A stretch of 64,000 nt of DNA from Squalus acanthias (Eukaryota). Each line of letters starts with the position of its first letter. The stretch's first letter is position 1. The DNA is taken from NCBI GenBank assembly GCA_030390025.1, contig CM059433.1:13394001-13458000 (forward strand), in the 5' to 3' direction. The position numbers were made by a program, and so were the translations under genes. Below the pieces are notes generated by a model. That model saw only the letters and a list, made by a program, of their open reading frames with translations, searched no databases and was not told the origin of the DNA. This document shows positions 60,880-64,000 of this stretch, in pieces.

Positions 60880-61230
60880 TGACTTTTTATGAATTTTGAG
60901 ACGATGAAGGTGAGGGAGGTTAGTGCTAGGGAATGGAATACTTTCCATTTTGGGCACCAGTGTCCATGCCAAGAACTCCTCTATTAGATACAAAGTAAAG
61001 CCCTCAGGCCCAGCAACAAAACAGCACCATCTTTAAAAATAATCTTCTTTAGTCTCTCTGAGACTGATTGCTAGTTAGTGTCAACATTTGTGTTTTGAGC
61101 TCATGCCTAATAGGCTCTGCATCAATACAACCCAATCTCATGTCACAGCCAGCAGACAGAGAGACTTTCATTGCATCAGTCTGGGCTGGATTCAACCCCA
61201 GGTCCCAGAGATGAAAGGATAGTCTCGACT
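60880..61230 (-). mobile_element. LF-SINE-like fragments
   Basis: The reverse complement gives CTTTCATCTCTGGGACCTGGGGTTGAATCCAGCCCAGACTG and a tail similar to 8460-8530. Confidence 0.55.
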
Positions 61231-62020
61231 GTTCCCCTCTACTTTTCCTCTGAGTGTAACCAATCAAGCATTAGGCTTTGGCTGGAATATATGTGTGGAT
61301 TTAATGTTAAGCTCTGTGTACATGAATAGGGCATTGTCTGCTGAATAGCACATGACATATTCTGTAATGAACGTACATTGTTTACTAGCAATGTGTTATT
61401 TAAATATACCACTTTTTGTTCTTGCTGTAAAATATGTCCAACACATCATGGACGATTCTGGGATCCAGCACTCCCAGCGGGAATATCATGGGAAATTCAA
61501 GACGTGATTTTCTGTAAATTCAAATGAAAGGTTGAAAAATCATGGGCTGCACCGCACACCTGTGCTTTCCTCCTCTCCGCTCTCCGACTGCAGCCTGGTG
61601 CCGAAGACCTACCACACCCGACAGTGAGCCAGCCTCTCAATCTGGCCGGCTACGGCCGGGAAACGGAGAAAACCAATGTTCACCAGGTCCTGCCGTTAAA
61701 TTCGGCAGGGCCTGACGGAAACCTGTTCAATCCAGCCCTCCCGCTCCCTCTCCGCCTCCGAGTAAAAATCCAGCCCTTATTATCCAAGCAGTATGTGGCC
61801 TCCTTATTCTTCCTACCAAAATGTACCACCTCACACATACTGACGTTCATTTGCCAATTAAACGCCCATTCTTTGAACCCCTACATTACATCAGTGACTG
61901 CACTTCAAAAGTACTTCATTGGCTGGTCAAGCGCTTTGGGACGTCATGTGGTCGTGAAAGGTGCTATATAAACGTAAGTCTTTCTTTCTTTATGTCTTGA
62001 CAGTGCACCCAATTCGCAAT

Positions 62021-62541
62021 GGCCCATATTTTCCGATGCCTACGGGTGTGTACGCGCTGTAAAAAAATTAAAAATTTCCACTCATTTATAATTTAAAAAT
62101 GCTTTTAAAAAAGGTAAGTTTATTTTTAGCTCCATAAAAACTTTAATTATTTTTTCAAAAAATTACATTTTTGTTTAAGATATTTAATTTAATGTAATTT
62201 TAACTAATTTTAAAAACGTGATTTAAAAAAAAAATTATATAATGTTTTAGTGTGTTTTTTGAGTGATCCCCATTCATACTTTTGACAGATCTATGCGGAG
62301 AGACCTGTCAAAAGTGTGAAGGGAGATTCCCTTCTTCGATTGGTTCCTCATGGCCCACGTGATCCCAGGGACGCTTGCGAACCGCCTGCGCCCCTGGGAT
62401 ACCTGGGCCTCTGCGCGGGCGCACCAGGAGAGGCCCAGGAGCGGAAGTGTCAGCACCTACGGAGCCAGCAGGTAAGGGCGTAGATTTTTCCAGATTGGAG
62501 GCATCCGCCCGCAGGAAGCCTCCAATCGGAAAATCCGGCCC
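62021..62541 (+). mobile_element. Harbinger-type MITE with AT-rich core
   Basis: TIR GGCCCATATTTTCCGAT / ATCGGAAAATCCGGCCC; 3-bp TSD AAT; shares the GGCCCACGTGATCCCA block with 31385 and 42588. Confidence 0.83.
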
Positions 62542-63129
62542 AATGAAGCAAGTGCAGAGGTCAGTGCACACAGTTCACGCTGGTCTTGACTTTCAAGTTA
62601 GCGGAGAGCCTTGCAAAATGTACTGTTTTATCTCTGGGGCACGTGGATGCAGATGTATTTATATTCCAATAGGCATTGATCAAAGAAACTACTAGACCGC
62701 AGGTATCAGATACATAGGACTCATCTCTGCATCTGTTCAACCCACCAAAATTGTCAGGGAAAATAGGGATGTTCTGTTTGAGCATCAGGAACTGGAGACC
62801 ACTCATTAGACAACCCTGGAACCTGTTGGCCGCCACCAACCCACCAGTTATCATAAATTCAGGAGAGAAATGCCTTTGCTGTCATGGCCACAGCTATTCT
62901 TCCGCCTGCACCGACAGGTGGTACGATATGCAAAATATACAGCACATAAGCATGGCCAAATAAAATGTTGGACTGAGCACCTGTGTGACAATGGTGGGGC
63001 ATGCAAATTCATGGCAGACCTTTTGAGTGTCTGAATACATGCCTAAACTATTTTAAGGAACAAGTACATCTGCATTTTAAGTGTCCCCAAACTTAGCCAA
63101 CGTAGGATTTTTTCATGGTGTTAAAGCGC

Positions 63130-63608
63130 AGATTTTCTTGGCAAGGGTTGGGGAGAATACACTCAATGAAAAGCTACTGAACGAACAGTGGATGAACAAC
63201 GAGACCTCGAGGTTCTAATCCATAATTCCCTGAAAGTGCAAGTGCAGGTAAATAAAGCCGTTAATAAAAGGCCAACAATATTTTAGGTTCTATAAGTGGT
63301 AAGAAATAATGATAAATTTGTATAAAACCTGGGTTAGGTCACAGTTAGAGTGTTGTGTACAGTTTCGGCTGCCCATTATAGAAAGGACATTGAAGCTATA
63401 AGAGAGTGTACAGTCTAGGTTCATCAGGATGATGCCAGGGATCGGAAACTATGAGGAGAGACGAGATATGGAACTATTTGCACTGGAGCAGAGAAGGTTA
63501 AGAGGAGATTTAATTGAGGTTTTTTAACAATTATGCAGTGTTTAACAGAGTGAATAGGGAAAGATTATTACCTCTGGTTGGAGAGTCAGTGATGATCAAT
63601 TTAAAAGG
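63130..63608 (+). mobile_element. Decayed CR1 fragment
   Basis: LYKTWVRSQLECCVQF..P.YRKDI and RRLRGDLIEVF relics. Confidence 0.75.
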
Positions 63609-64000
63609 CCTCCATCTGTGATATAAACTTCTGTGGCTCTTTTTTGTTTGTGTAGTCTCTTTCAACTTCGTCTTTAGTTATTTCAATATCATCCATAGAG
63701 TAAGCAGAGTGTCTAAGGACACCACTGTGTCTGCCAATGAATTGGAGGCTGGCCGGGACTTATGGCCGGACTCACACCAAGTTTATTTACTCAGCAAACA
63801 GTGTCTATTTAAACAGCGCACCACAGCAAACAGTCTACAGAGTCTATTTAAAAAGAGACTCTATGAATGACAGCAAACAGAACCGATGACCAAAAGGAAA
63901 GCAACTTCTCCCGATAAAAGCAGGGTGATTTCTGTAGCCAAATGCAGTGAGTGGAGGGTAGTTACATATAAATAATCGGTGTAAAATTAATCCCAGTCAC

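Overview
Eukaryotic, repeat-saturated vertebrate DNA. The repeat complement (Deu-core SacSINE1-like SINEs, LF-SINE-like elements, abundant CR1/L2, Penelope-like and Harbinger-derived elements) points to a shark or other elasmobranch; this is an inference. No host protein-coding gene can be confidently identified, so the window is probably intronic or intergenic. The only long intact ORF (20562-24494) belongs to a young, full-length Ty3/Gypsy (Mag/SURL-like) LTR retrotransposon with 215-bp LTRs (3 mismatches) and a CTGCT target-site duplication (TSD). It has no tRNA-type primer-binding site (PBS). Instead, the PBS position carries a perfect 13-nt complement of its own LTR sequence overlapping the ATTAAA poly(A) signal, and the RT motif is YLDN. 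Other highlights: five minimal hammerhead ribozyme motifs in Penelope-like ends (two subfamilies, one compensatory base change, one inside a perfect 82-bp palindrome); two related solo LTRs with 4-bp TSDs; a family of non-autonomous Harbinger derivatives with 3-bp TSDs, Myb/SANT relics and a conserved splice donor; and deeply nested insertions. Boundaries of old, decayed repeats are approximate. Family names come from recognition of motifs, not from database searches.
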